Shown: piece after piece, positions 8,292 to 18,172 of the stretch
Layout: every line of letters starts with the position of its first letter
Position numbering within the stretch: position 1 is the first letter of the stretch
Assembly (NCBI GenBank): GCA_041686735.1
Contig: JAWLDF010000005.1
Coordinates: 70,029 to 134,028, forward strand
Direction: 5' to 3'
Length of the DNA stretch: 64,000 nucleotides
DNA from: Bacilli bacterium
GTDB taxonomy: Bacteria; Bacillota; Bacilli; JACDOE01
Notes under the pieces: model-generated
What the model saw: only the letters and a program-made list of their open reading frames with translations
What the model was told of the DNA's origin: nothing
The model's database searches: none
Position numbers and translations under genes: made by a program

Positions 8292-10331
8292 TTATATAAA
8301 CAAACCGTTCTCTTCCAGATGAGGGACGATCATCTGCACCTGATCAATCTCGTTCAACTTTAACTCCACGGGTTCGGCTGGATCATTGTTTTCCCCGAAA
8401 ATCGAGCCCTTGAAAATCCAGTATCCCTGCTCGTTTACCAGTGATTGGGGTTCAAGCACATACATCTCCCCGCCGGTTTTTATTTTAACGGGCAGTTGTA
8501 ATTTTAATGCCTGTTGAACAAGATCGCGCAGGGTTGATTCATGATAAGAACGAAAATGCTTCCACCACATCGCTGGAATCTTTTCCAGTCCGGGATAGGC
8601 TTCCTCCAGTTCCGGAAAAATGTTTTCCACTTTGTAACCCTGAACACTGTCCCTCCCGCCAAACAGGGGTGACGGGTCATGGCTTTGCAAATTTGCCGGA
8701 CGTTCCAGATCGGATGACGGTGGTTTGAACGGTTCATCTTTCATAAAGGGAGCCGGTCTTTCATAACCCCTTCGTTCCAATTGTTCTACAAGCAGATCCC
8801 AGTATCCTTCTTTTACGACAAAATGACGGTCTCCGACTCGTTCCGTATATTCCTTAAAAAAATCGTATTGCGCCCAGTCATCGGCTGTGGATTGGTCCCG
8901 GCAGCCCAACAATCGGACATCCCGAAAATATGAACGGTTTAATTCTTGAGCGAAGCGCCGGATGGTATGTTCCACCATATCGGGAAGCGGTATCGCACTG
9001 TATCGTTTCAGTATTGCGATGATTTCACTTTCACTCAGCCCGTTTTCGATCCCGTGACGCACCGATTCTCTGGTGATTCTATAAAGGTAACTGTCTCCCT
9101 GATTGATGAGTTCGGAAAAGCGGGACAACTCCCATTCCAGTGATAACGGAGCCACCGGCGGCACCATGATCTCCATTTGCGGCTGTACATAGACCTTCAC
9201 CTCTTTTTCAGGGCGAAAAGTTCCTGTCATGCCCGCTGACCAGTGCCAGTGATAATCGTCTTTCCCGCTGTCATCTTGAATTTTTATCACCCTGATCCAC
9301 CCTGCATTATCCAGAGGGGAAAGGGCACGCTCGATCCAAATGGCAAACAATTGCTCTTTAAGATCCGGGGGGCCCGGTTGATCTGTTTTCATTACCAGTG
9401 CATCTTCTCCCAGACTATGAATGATGTCCTCACCCATCGCACGAAGTGAGTACCAGCCTGGATTGCGCACAGAAAACATGTAATCAAGCAGAATTTGCAC
9501 GCGAACATCCGCGGGCAAAATATAGTTGCGGAACCAGTTGAATGTTTCTTCACTCAGCCTCTGAGGATCATGATTAACCCACTCTTCTGCGGCCGCCAAG
9601 TCCAGACGCAGGCTATCTTCCTTTTTAACCTGATAAAGGAGACGGTGTCGAAGCAAAAAGTCCAAAAGAACTGCTTCCCGTGGTGTATAGGATTCCCTGT
9701 TTTCATATTTGAGTGAAAGTCCGTAAAGGGGATCGTCCTGCAGGCGAAGATCCTTCATCACCAATTTTATCGACTGACGTCTTACCGACCCTTTTTTGGT
9801 TAAAATAAGGTCCTGTTTCCGGGCACGAACCATGATTTCGAAAACGTCCCGTACCAGAGAAGGGTATGGATGGGAAAAAGCCGGAACCTCATGGCGATAA
9901 GAGACATCCCAACGTCCCGAATCCACTTGCTTCAACAGGTTCTTCCGCCAGTTTTCGCGAAGTTGCTCCGGCATGATGTACCCCAGTTCCCCCCACTGTC
10001 TGCGCACGGTAAATACCATTCCTTTTCTTCTCAGCAGGGTGAGAGCAGGGCGGCACTCAGAAACCGGCAACTGTGGCAATCCCTGTTCTACCTGGCGATA
10101 TGTGAGAACGCCGTCACGGATAAAAAACACAAAATATGAGATCAGTTTTTGTTCCGGCCGGCTCAAGCGATCCCACACACGGTCCGGATAATCCTGATGC
10201 AAAAGAAAATCCAGCCGGTTTTTCCGCTCCAGGGAGGCGGCCGCTGAATCGGATATCCACTGTTGATGTTGTTGCGTGATCTGTTCGATTGTTCTGTCGG
10301 AGAGCATCTCAACTGCTTCATAAAAATTCAT
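8292..10331 (-). CDS. Large uncharacterized protein, likely translationally coupled to the upstream XPB-like helicase gene
   Basis: 679 aa with no recognizable catalytic motifs. Its ATG overlaps the helicase TGA in an ATGA junction, with GGAGGAG 5 nt upstream. Confidence 0.6.
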   Translation of the reverse strand: MNFYEAVEMLSDRTIEQITQQHQQWISDSAAASLERKNRLDFLLHQDYPDRVWDRLSRPEQKLISYFVFFIRDGVLTYRQVEQGLPQLPVSECRPALTLLRRKGMVFTVRRQWGELGYIMPEQLRENWRKNLLKQVDSGRWDVSYRHEVPAFSHPYPSLVRDVFEIMVRARKQDLILTKKGSVRRQSIKLVMKDLRLQDDPLYGLSLKYENRESYTPREAVLLDFLLRHRLLYQVKKEDSLRLDLAAAEEWVNHDPQRLSEETFNWFRNYILPADVRVQILLDYMFSVRNPGWYSLRAMGEDIIHSLGEDALVMKTDQPGPPDLKEQLFAIWIERALSPLDNAGWIRVIKIQDDSGKDDYHWHWSAGMTGTFRPEKEVKVYVQPQMEIMVPPVAPLSLEWELSRFSELINQGDSYLYRITRESVRHGIENGLSESEIIAILKRYSAIPLPDMVEHTIRRFAQELNRSYFRDVRLLGCRDQSTADDWAQYDFFKEYTERVGDRHFVVKEGYWDLLVEQLERRGYERPAPFMKDEPFKPPSSDLERPANLQSHDPSPLFGGRDSVQGYKVENIFPELEEAYPGLEKIPAMWWKHFRSYHESTLRDLVQQALKLQLPVKIKTGGEMYVLEPQSLVNEQGYWIFKGSIFGENNDPAEPVELKLNEIDQVQMIVPHLEENGLFI

Positions 10332-12037
10332 ATCGACTCCTCCATCAACTTCTCTTCATCCATGATGTAATACTCGTATCCCTGCTCAATCAGAAACATT
10401 TGACGACGCAGGGCATATTCCTGATCTTTACTGTCCCTGCTGACCACGGTATAAAAATAGGCACGATTATCCTTTTGCTTCGGTCGTAAAATTCTTCCCA
10501 GCCGCTGCGCTTCTTCCTGACGGGAACCGAAGGTTCCGGAAATCTGTATGGCAACACTGGCATCGGGCAGGTCCACCGCAAAATTGGCCACCCTTGACAC
10601 AGCGAGGACTCGGAAGGCCCCCTCTTTAAACCGACGGTACAAATCATCCCTTTCTTTTTGATTGACCTCGCCGGTTATCAACGGAATATGAAAACGACGG
10701 GATATCTCCCGCAACTGATCGAGATATTGCCCAATAATTAAAACCTGATCGTGACGATGTCGCGTCAACAACCGTTCAACAACCTCTATTTTATGGGGAT
10801 TGGTGGAAGCGATCTGATATTTCTGCCGCGGACCGCTCTTCCCGTATTGTTCCCTCCACTGCTGATCCATGGACGTACGCACCTCAACGCAGGTGGCGCG
10901 GGCAATCCACCCTTCATTTTCTAACTTTTTCCACGGAGCATCATAGATTTTGGGTCCGACGAGAGAAAATACTTCAGCTTCCCTCCGGTCTTCGCGCACG
11001 AGGGTAGCTGTCAGGCCGAGCCTGCGTCTCGCCTGGATATTGGCGGTGGCGCGAAACACAGGTGCCGGCAGCAGATGAATTTCATCATAAATGATCAAAC
11101 CCCAGTTACGCTCATTAAAAAGGGACATGTGGGAAAAATCGTCCTGTGATGTTTTGCGGTAGGTCAGCATATGATAGGTGGCCACCGTGACCGGACGAAT
11201 CTCTTTTTTGGTGCCGGCGTAAGCGGCGATTTGATCGGGAGTAAGACTGGTTTTATCCAGAATCTCTTTGATCCACTGTTGAACAGAGGTATGATTGGTG
11301 GTCAAAATCAGGGTCGCCCGCTTCATTTCAGCCATGGCCGCAATGCCGACGATGGTTTTCCCTGCACCGCAGGGTAAAACAATGACCCCGCTCCCTCCCT
11401 GATCGGACCCGCCGCGATAAAAGGATTGCACCGCTTCGCGCTGATATTCACGCATTTGAAAAGGACGACCGCCCTCTCTGGTCGTTTGACGCAACTCTAT
11501 GGGGAGTGGATCTCCATCCGTATAACCGGCAAGGTCCTTGAGCGGATATCCCAGTTTGACGAATTCCTGCTTGATTTGACCGCGGTGGTTTGCATCAACA
11601 TGCCAGGGTGATCCCTCTGGCCTTGTTAAATATTTACGGATGGAAGGATAGTTCATGATTTTGTTTAAAATCTCTTCTCCTTCTTTAGAACTGGCCTGAA
11701 TCAGCAGTTCGCGCTCCGATGTCTTTGAACGACACAGCCGGAACAGTCCGTATCTCCCGATTTGATCACGAATTTCCTCTTTCATTTTTTGCGGAATGTC
11801 AAACTTACTGTACTGCTCCAGGATCGATAAAATCTGATCCGCTTTCATTCCTCCGGCTGCAGCATTCCACAGAGAAAGCGGGGAGATGCGATATGTATGA
11901 AGATGATGCGGGCTTTTTTCCAGATCAGAAAATAGGGCGATCTGATCCCTGACTTCAGGGAACAGGGGATGATCCGCCTCGAGCAGGATGGTTCGTTCAC
12001 CCTGCACCATCAACGGTAAATCCGGTTCGTATTTCAC
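10328..12037 (-). CDS. XPB/Ssl2(RAD25)-type SF2 DNA helicase
   Basis: Walker A LPCGAGKT, DEIH box (IIYDEIHLLPA), and the XPB-diagnostic RED motif within GLTATLVREDRRE. The stretch ...IYDAPWKKLENEGWIARATCVEV aligns with ERCC3/XPB. GTG start with a GGGGGG RBS. Confidence 0.85.
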   Translation of the reverse strand: MKYEPDLPLMVQGERTILLEADHPLFPEVRDQIALFSDLEKSPHHLHTYRISPLSLWNAAAGGMKADQILSILEQYSKFDIPQKMKEEIRDQIGRYGLFRLCRSKTSERELLIQASSKEGEEILNKIMNYPSIRKYLTRPEGSPWHVDANHRGQIKQEFVKLGYPLKDLAGYTDGDPLPIELRQTTREGGRPFQMREYQREAVQSFYRGGSDQGGSGVIVLPCGAGKTIVGIAAMAEMKRATLILTTNHTSVQQWIKEILDKTSLTPDQIAAYAGTKKEIRPVTVATYHMLTYRKTSQDDFSHMSLFNERNWGLIIYDEIHLLPAPVFRATANIQARRRLGLTATLVREDRREAEVFSLVGPKIYDAPWKKLENEGWIARATCVEVRTSMDQQWREQYGKSGPRQKYQIASTNPHKIEVVERLLTRHRHDQVLIIGQYLDQLREISRRFHIPLITGEVNQKERDDLYRRFKEGAFRVLAVSRVANFAVDLPDASVAIQISGTFGSRQEEAQRLGRILRPKQKDNRAYFYTVVSRDSKDQEYALRRQMFLIEQGYEYYIMDEEKLMEESI

Positions 12038-12293
12038 CTGTCGTCCCCCCTTATCCCGATAAATAATGAATCCATTGCAGTAATGTCAGCACGGCCAGAA
12101 TAACGATATATCTTTTTATAAAGGATTTTAAATCTCTTTTATGCCACAATCGTCGCAAGGCCTCCTTTCCTCTTTCGAAACGCATGGTTTCCCCTTATTC
12201 TTTCACGTTCGGGGGAAAACCATGCAGTAAGAGGATGCGGGCCGCATCAAGCCGGCCATCGAATTTCCACCGCGCAGATGATATTTGATCGTC

Positions 12294-15200
12294 CTAATAT
12301 TTTAATGAGACTTTTACGATCTCATTGCCAAAATTCACTTCAATGTGATGGTCGGAATCATTTCCCTTTTCATAGCTAATACGGTGAACAAGTACATTTT
12401 CTTTAATCAGACTCTCAAAACGTTGAATTTTTTCTTTAACATCATTCGTTGTTGAAAAATGGACCGATATATACTTCTCAACAGGTAAATCTAATTTTTT
12501 GCGTGTATCTTGTATTGCTCTGATTAATTCTCTGACTTGACCTTCCTCCACAAGTCGAGGTGTAAGTTTTAAATCCAACAGCACCTTTAATTGCCGGTCG
12601 CCGGCAATCTCAAATCCGGAAGCAACTTGATATTCGACGTTTATATGTTCCTTCTCTATTGTTATCGTCTGATCGTTTACATTAATTTGCAGGTGGCCCT
12701 TCTCTAATAATGACTTTTTGTCGGTTTCCGGGATATGCTCTACATATTCCTTTACTGCGTTAACCAGTTTACCGAATGCAGCACCTGCCGTTTTAAAATT
12801 CAATTTAAAAGCCGTTGACTCATACTGCGATAAGTCTTTTGTATATACAACATCTTTAACATTCAGCTCGTCTTTAATAATGTCTGTAAAGGGCTTTAAA
12901 ACACGTTCTCCTTCATTACTCCATACAATGATTTGTTGCAAAGGCTGCCTGACTTTTAAGTTTTTGGCATTGCGAATGCTACGACCGAGTTCCACTATTT
13001 TCAGGACTGTTTGCATGTCGGCCTCTAAAGCAGGATTAATCATTGAAGTATCAGCTTCCGGATAGTCCTGCAAATGAACACTATCTTGATGCAGTTTCAA
13101 ATGAATGTCTTCTGTCACATAAGGTATAAAAGGAGCTAACAGGCGGCTGACTGTGGTAAGTGTTTCAAATAGTGTTGAAAATGCTGCCCGTTTACCTTCT
13201 GAAAGCCCGGAAGCCCAAAAACGACTTCTGGATCGTCGTACATACCAATTACTTAATTCATCGACTAATAATGCAATTTCCCGTGTTGCTTGCGTAAATT
13301 GATACCGATCCATATAGTCATTTACAAGTTTAATTGTACTGTGCAGGCGGGAAAGTATCCACTCATCCAGAATAGTTTTCTTCCCTGTTTGCTGTCCGTC
13401 ATACACAAAGCCATCAATTTTAGCGTACATAGCATAAAACTTGTACGTATTATCCAGCGTGTCAATCAATTTTGATTTTGCATCCTGCACGATTCTTTTT
13501 GAAAAGCGTTTTGGATAAAAGGGAGAACTATCGACAAGAAATGCCCAACGTAGTGCATCTGCACCGTATTCCTCTATCAATTCTACAGGATCTAAAGCAT
13601 TTCCTTTGCTTTTCGACATTTTTTGACCGTTTTCGTCGAGTACATGTCCAAGCGACAGGACGTTTTTATAAGGTGCTTCTCCTGTGTACAGGGTAGAAAC
13701 AGCAAGCAGGCTGTAGAAAAATCCTCTCGTCTGGTCAATTCCTTCGATGACGACGTCTGCCGGAAATTGTGATTTGAATTTTTCTTTGTTTGCGAATGGA
13801 TAGTGATGCTGTGCGAATGGCATCGAACCACTATCAAACCAAACGTCTATAACTTCAGGTGTTCGTTGCATGACGCCTTCACATTTCGGACAGGTACAAT
13901 TCACCTCATCAATATAGGGTTTATGCAGCTCAATGTCATCCGGAATCAAAGTTGTCGCTAATTTTTGCAGGTCCCTGATACTGCCAGGAACTTCTTCATG
14001 ACCACAATCAGAACATACCCAGACATTTAAAGGTGTACCCCAGTACCGGTTTCTGCTTATATTCCAATCCACGAGATTTTCAAGAAAATGACCGAAGCGT
14101 CCATTTTTAATATGATCCGGATACCAATGAACAGTTGCATTGTTCGCGAGCATTTGATCTTTTAAAAAAGACATCTTGATAAACCAGCTATCCGTTGCAT
14201 AGTAGAGCAAAGGAGAGTCGCATCTCCAGCAATACGGGTAACTGTGCTCATATTTTTCCTTGTGGAAAAGAATGCCTTGATCGGAAAGCATTTTAATAAT
14301 GTCCACGTCACAATCTTTCACAAATCTTCCCTTCAGTTCTGTGACATCGGCTGTGTAACGTCCCTGTTGATCTACTACATTAATAAAGGACAAACCATTC
14401 TGCTGAACAGTTTTATAGTCATCTTCACCGTGTGCAGGCGCAATATGGACAATACCTGTTCCACTATCTTCAGTGACATAATCCGCTAATACAATATAAT
14501 GTCCTTTTTCAACGGTCACATAATTGAATGGCGGGGCATAACGTATGCCTGCAAATTCAAGACCGCTATGCTCACTTAAAATATTTACATGATCTCCAAG
14601 AACTTTTTCAACCAGGGATTTTGCAACAATATAAACCTGATTCTCCGTCTGTACACGAACATAGGTTAAATTTGGATTCATGGCGAGTGCAACGTTGGCC
14701 GGCAATGTCCACGGTGTCGTTGTCCAACCCAGGAAATATTCATCATCTGCATCAAGACGTTTAAATTTTACGGTAACCGATAAATCTTTTACATCTTTGT
14801 AGCCCTGTGCTACTTCGTGCGAACTTAATGTAGTTTGACATCTGGGGCAGTATGGCGATACGCGGTGGCCTTTATACAATAGGCCATCTTTGTGAACCTT
14901 ACTTAAAATGTTCCAGATACTTTCAATATATTCGTTGCTTAACGTCAAATAGGGACTCTCCATATCTACCCAATAACCCAATTGTTCCGTAAATGAACGC
15001 CATTTCTTCTCGTAGGTAAATACACTCTCCTTACATTTGTTGATAAAAGCTTCTACACCATAGCGTTCAATCTCCTGTTTCCCTGATATCCCAAGTTGTT
15101 TCTCCACACCAAGTTCGACCGGCAAACCATGTGTGTCCCAGCCGGCTTTTCTTTCCACCTGAAAACCTTTCATGGTTTTATAACGTGCAACAACATCTTT

Positions 15201-15389
15201 AATTGTTCGGCCAAAGGCATGTCCTACATGGGGCAGACCATTTGCAGTTGGTGGTCCCTCATAAAAAACAAAGGGGGTCTTTCCTTCTCTAAATTGAACA
15301 GACTGTCTAAATGTATTGCCTTCTGTCCAGTAACTACGGATGTGTTCTTCGCGCCGTACACCGGTATCTTTAATTTCATTTGCCTTCAT
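12294..15389 (-). CDS. ileS: Isoleucine--tRNA ligase, type 2 (long, eukaryote-like form)
   Basis: Class I HIGH region PPTANGLPHVGHAFGRTIKD and KMSKSKGN. About 1030 aa from MKANEIKD with a GGAGTG RBS. The track ORF start at 15440 adds 17 aa upstream that are probably not translated. Confidence 0.9.
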   Translation of the reverse strand: MKANEIKDTGVRREEHIRSYWTEGNTFRQSVQFREGKTPFVFYEGPPTANGLPHVGHAFGRTIKDVVARYKTMKGFQVERKAGWDTHGLPVELGVEKQLGISGKQEIERYGVEAFINKCKESVFTYEKKWRSFTEQLGYWVDMESPYLTLSNEYIESIWNILSKVHKDGLLYKGHRVSPYCPRCQTTLSSHEVAQGYKDVKDLSVTVKFKRLDADDEYFLGWTTTPWTLPANVALAMNPNLTYVRVQTENQVYIVAKSLVEKVLGDHVNILSEHSGLEFAGIRYAPPFNYVTVEKGHYIVLADYVTEDSGTGIVHIAPAHGEDDYKTVQQNGLSFINVVDQQGRYTADVTELKGRFVKDCDVDIIKMLSDQGILFHKEKYEHSYPYCWRCDSPLLYYATDSWFIKMSFLKDQMLANNATVHWYPDHIKNGRFGHFLENLVDWNISRNRYWGTPLNVWVCSDCGHEEVPGSIRDLQKLATTLIPDDIELHKPYIDEVNCTCPKCEGVMQRTPEVIDVWFDSGSMPFAQHHYPFANKEKFKSQFPADVVIEGIDQTRGFFYSLLAVSTLYTGEAPYKNVLSLGHVLDENGQKMSKSKGNALDPVELIEEYGADALRWAFLVDSSPFYPKRFSKRIVQDAKSKLIDTLDNTYKFYAMYAKIDGFVYDGQQTGKKTILDEWILSRLHSTIKLVNDYMDRYQFTQATREIALLVDELSNWYVRRSRSRFWASGLSEGKRAAFSTLFETLTTVSRLLAPFIPYVTEDIHLKLHQDSVHLQDYPEADTSMINPALEADMQTVLKIVELGRSIRNAKNLKVRQPLQQIIVWSNEGERVLKPFTDIIKDELNVKDVVYTKDLSQYESTAFKLNFKTAGAAFGKLVNAVKEYVEHIPETDKKSLLEKGHLQINVNDQTITIEKEHINVEYQVASGFEIAGDRQLKVLLDLKLTPRLVEEGQVRELIRAIQDTRKKLDLPVEKYISVHFSTTNDVKEKIQRFESLIKENVLVHRISYEKGNDSDHHIEVNFGNEIVKVSLKY

Positions 15390-15419
15390 TGATATCACTC
15401 CTGTACAAAATAAAATGTA

Positions 15420-15700
15420 GATCAAAAAACCCCGTCCCATGTAAGGGACGGGGTTAACCGTGATACCACCCTAATTCTATTGATCCGATCAATAGCTCTC
15501 AGCAACGTACAATCATACGTGTTCCTTGTAACGGTAGACACCCGGCCAGACTTACTCCAGGTTTCAGTCCGGCTTCTCAGAGAGGATTTTCACGTAACAC
15601 TCGAACACTGACTTTCACCAAAATGTCAGCTCTCTGTGGATCAAGACGAAACGTTACTCTTTCTCATCAACGAATTTGTGTATGCTTTTATTTGTATGCT
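15420..15700 (-). promoter_or_regulatory. T-box riboswitch leader of ileS
   Basis: On the minus strand: AGAGAG stem I element; a candidate AUC (Ile) specifier within GAAAAUCC; the conserved T-box AAUUAGGGUGGUAUCACGG; then the terminator hairpin CCCCGTCCCTTACATGGGACGGGG followed by TTTTTTGATC directly upstream of the ileS RBS. Confidence 0.8.
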
Positions 15701-15714
15701 TTAAATTGGAAATC

Positions 15715-15744
15715 ATTTTAGCAGACCCGCTAAGTGATGTCAAA
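15715..15744 (-). promoter_or_regulatory. Sigma-A type promoter for the ileS T-box leader
   Basis: Minus strand TTGACA, 17 nt spacer, TAAAAT. Confidence 0.5.
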
Positions 15745-15783
15745 TTAATTTAAAATTACCTTATATGTCATTGCGTGTTCCGT

Positions 15784-16488
15784 TTACTGCTTTGCTTTCC
15801 TGTATCCCGCGGCAACAGCTTCTTCTTCGGTGCAAAACATTTGCTCTGCCTTTGTTGCATCATAATAACGTGTACCCGGCATATGATAAATCTTTTCTTT
15901 TTTTGAGTTGATGTTGCCTTTTATTTGGGGTTCAGCACAATTGTCGCTGTTTAAACGATCTTTATATGCTTCTCCCCACAAACCGTTGTTTTTCTCCCTC
16001 GCTTCGCGTTCAAGTTTAACAAATTTTTTGGAAAACATTACGTTTGGCGGCACAGTCATCGTATTTGCGTACCCTTCGATCAGAAGGGTCTCATTATACA
16101 TTGTTTTTTCATTCTCAATGAAAACATACCGTAACAATCTTCCGTATTTATCTTTATCTCCGACATCTTGAAACATATACACTTTGTTACCCGTTAATCG
16201 TTCTCCGCTAAAATGACTGGCTTCTTTACCGAAAAATTCAACTTTTCCATAACTTTCAGGACAGTTTACTCCAATGAGTCTGACCCTCTGGTCGGATTCC
16301 GTCACGAAAGTGTCGCCATCTATCGTGCGCTTTACGGTTGTGATCTCATACTTTTTATCTTTTAACTCAGGATAATTGCTGAAAATTTGAGCTGCAAACG
16401 CATCTGCTTCCCTGCTCTGATTGTCAGGGAGTGAACACCCAGCCATGATGATGAAAAAGAGTAAACTGATTAGAAGATATTGTTTCAT
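15784..16488 (-). CDS. Thermonuclease (SNase-like) lipoprotein with C-terminal KIYHxPG..YY motif domain
   Basis: Lipobox IIMAGCS, SNase core (DGDTF...RLIGVNCPE...YGRLL), and C-terminal IYHMPGTRYYDATK...FCTEEEAVAAGYRKAK. 234 aa. Confidence 0.75.
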   Translation of the reverse strand: MKQYLLISLLFFIIMAGCSLPDNQSREADAFAAQIFSNYPELKDKKYEITTVKRTIDGDTFVTESDQRVRLIGVNCPESYGKVEFFGKEASHFSGERLTGNKVYMFQDVGDKDKYGRLLRYVFIENEKTMYNETLLIEGYANTMTVPPNVMFSKKFVKLEREAREKNNGLWGEAYKDRLNSDNCAEPQIKGNINSKKEKIYHMPGTRYYDATKAEQMFCTEEEAVAAGYRKAKQ

Positions 16489-16689
16489 CGCAACTCCTCA
16501 CCTGGTTCTTAAGAATCCTTGCAAATTGATCTTGGACTTCGTCTCCTTTTTGTCTCTTACGCATTTATATGTTAAAGCAGGGCGAGCGCTCGTTCAATGG
16601 ATTTTTTGGGATTTTTTAAAAAATCATATTGCAAACCGCCAACGGATTTGTTACTATTCGAGTTAATAAGTTTTTCAACATTGGTGATA

Positions 16690-17005
16690 AACCCAACGTC
16701 GTTGATAAGGAAAAGTAAGTGGAGCATTTGTTCCTCAGAGAGCCGGCGGCAGCTGAGAAGCCGGTGAACAACCTTCACCGAACATCCCCTTGGAGACGTA
16801 AACCGAACGACAGGGATTGAACGTTTCTGTTTAGTAGGCTTTACCGGACGTTCCCACGTTACAGGGAAACAGCAATGAACACGTTGCTGAATGAGTTGCC
16901 GATCCATGACCAAACCATTTTTTCGTCTTACTGATCATGAATCGGAATCAGGGTGGTACCGCGAGTAACTCTCGTCCCTGTCGGGGATGAGAGTTTTTTT
17001 ATTAT
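16690..17005 (+). promoter_or_regulatory. T-box riboswitch leader upstream of the threonine dehydratase gene
   Basis: Candidate promoter TTGCAA-17-TACTAT near 16648-16676. AGAGAG stem I element near 16735. Conserved T-box AATCAGGGTGGTACCGCGAG at 16946-16965. Terminator hairpin CTCTCGTCCCTGTCGGGGATGAGAG plus T7 at 16971-17005. Specifier unresolved: AUC in CGAACAUCC or ACC in GAACAACC. Confidence 0.7.
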
Positions 17006-17075
17006 TTGGGAGGCGATGATTACGAGTACTTCTGCAAGGAATCTTCACATAGACCATGGACATCTTGAAAAAGGT

Positions 17076-18071
17076 ATGGAGGTGCATGAAATTGGGGATT
17101 ACAGTGTTAGTTTTCAGAATATTATGGAAGCAGAATATTATTTAGGCAGAATCGTCCATCAGACACCATTGCAACATTCGCATACGTTCAGTCAGATGAC
17201 TGAATGTTCCGTCTATCAAAAACTTGAAAATCTGCAAAAGACGGGGGCTTTCAAGATCCGGGGGGCTTACAATAAAGTGGCACACCTCTCTCCAGAGGAA
17301 AGAGCCAGAGGGATCGTGACCGCTTCTGCGGGAAACCACGCCCAGGGCGTATCGCTTGCTGCCCATAAATTCGGATGTCCCGCCACGATCGTCATGCCCA
17401 AAGGCGCTCCGCAATCCAAAATTGAAGCGACAAAAGGGTACGGGGCACGGGTGGTTCTTCACGGTCACAATTATAACGAATCTTATGCGAAAGCGCTGGA
17501 AATATGTGAACAGGAAGGGGCCACGTTCGTCCATGCTTTCGATGATCCACACGTAATCGCCGGACAGGGAACGATCGGTCTGGAAATTGTCAATGAATTG
17601 CCCTATGTCGATGCCATCATTGTTCCCGTTGGCGGAGGCGGGCTGATCAGTGGGATTGCCATCGCAGCAAAAACAGTAAATCCGGAAATTAAAATTATCG
17701 GAGTTGAACCGGAAGGAGCCAATTCAGGTTACCTTTCATGGAAATCGAATAAAATGACGACCATTGAAAATCCCAATACCATTGCCGACGGTCTTTCCGT
17801 CAAAAGCCTCGGCAGGCTGCCTTTCGAGTTGATCACATCTTATGTCGATGATTTCGTTACCGTGAGTGACCAGCAAATCGAACATGCCATGTACCTTTTT
17901 CTTGAGAGAAGCAAACTGCTCGTTGAAGGAGCGGGAGCATGTTCCCTTGCCGGCCTGCTGCGATTAAAAGACGAGTTAAAAGGAAAAAATGTTGTGCTGA
18001 TTGTCAGCGGCGGGAACGTTGATCTCAGTAAATTAAACACAATCTCCCACCCCCGTACGGCGACCGTATAA
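17076..18071 (+). CDS. Threonine dehydratase / threonine ammonia-lyase, short form without C-terminal regulatory domain
   Basis: PLP-lysine context FKIRGA, the glycine-rich loop (SAGNHAQG) and a GGGGL loop. About 330 aa, so no ACT-like IlvA regulatory domain. Start chosen at MEVHEIG; the longer track ORF start would overlap the T-box terminator. Confidence 0.8.
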   Translation: MEVHEIGDYSVSFQNIMEAEYYLGRIVHQTPLQHSHTFSQMTECSVYQKLENLQKTGAFKIRGAYNKVAHLSPEERARGIVTASAGNHAQGVSLAAHKFGCPATIVMPKGAPQSKIEATKGYGARVVLHGHNYNESYAKALEICEQEGATFVHAFDDPHVIAGQGTIGLEIVNELPYVDAIIVPVGGGGLISGIAIAAKTVNPEIKIIGVEPEGANSGYLSWKSNKMTTIENPNTIADGLSVKSLGRLPFELITSYVDDFVTVSDQQIEHAMYLFLERSKLLVEGAGACSLAGLLRLKDELKGKNVVLIVSGGNVDLSKLNTISHPRTATV

Positions 18072-18132
18072 AGGAAATTCAGTTTCTAACCGGCCTTCTG
18101 CGCATGCGAACGGCCCGAAAAGTGTAAAAATC

Positions 18133-18172
18133 CGTCTCCCTTTTGTCGGATCAGGGGGACGGACTTTTCATT
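18133..18172. terminator. Bidirectional intrinsic terminator between convergent genes
   Basis: AAAAATCCGTCTCCC...GGGGGACGGACTTTT: hairpin with A-run on one side and T-run on the other. Confidence 0.5.

Noticed and set aside
12185-12225. Inverted repeat CATGGTTTCCCC...GGGGAAAACCATG downstream of ileS, plus a possible 44-aa membrane ORF
   Set aside because: The hairpin lacks a U-tract on either strand. The small ORF has no convincing RBS. Kept only as a possible ileS 3' structure.
15390-15440. Upstream extension of ileS (MGRGFLIYILFCTGVIS)
   Set aside because: It overlaps the T-box terminator hairpin and U-tract. The MKANEIKD ATG has a proper GGAGTG RBS.
16572-16913. 113-aa minus-strand ORF in the thermonuclease to threonine-dehydratase intergenic region
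   Set aside because: It lies antisense across the T-box leader (AGAGAG stem I and specifier region), has no RBS and no family similarity. The region is better explained as a 5' leader RNA.
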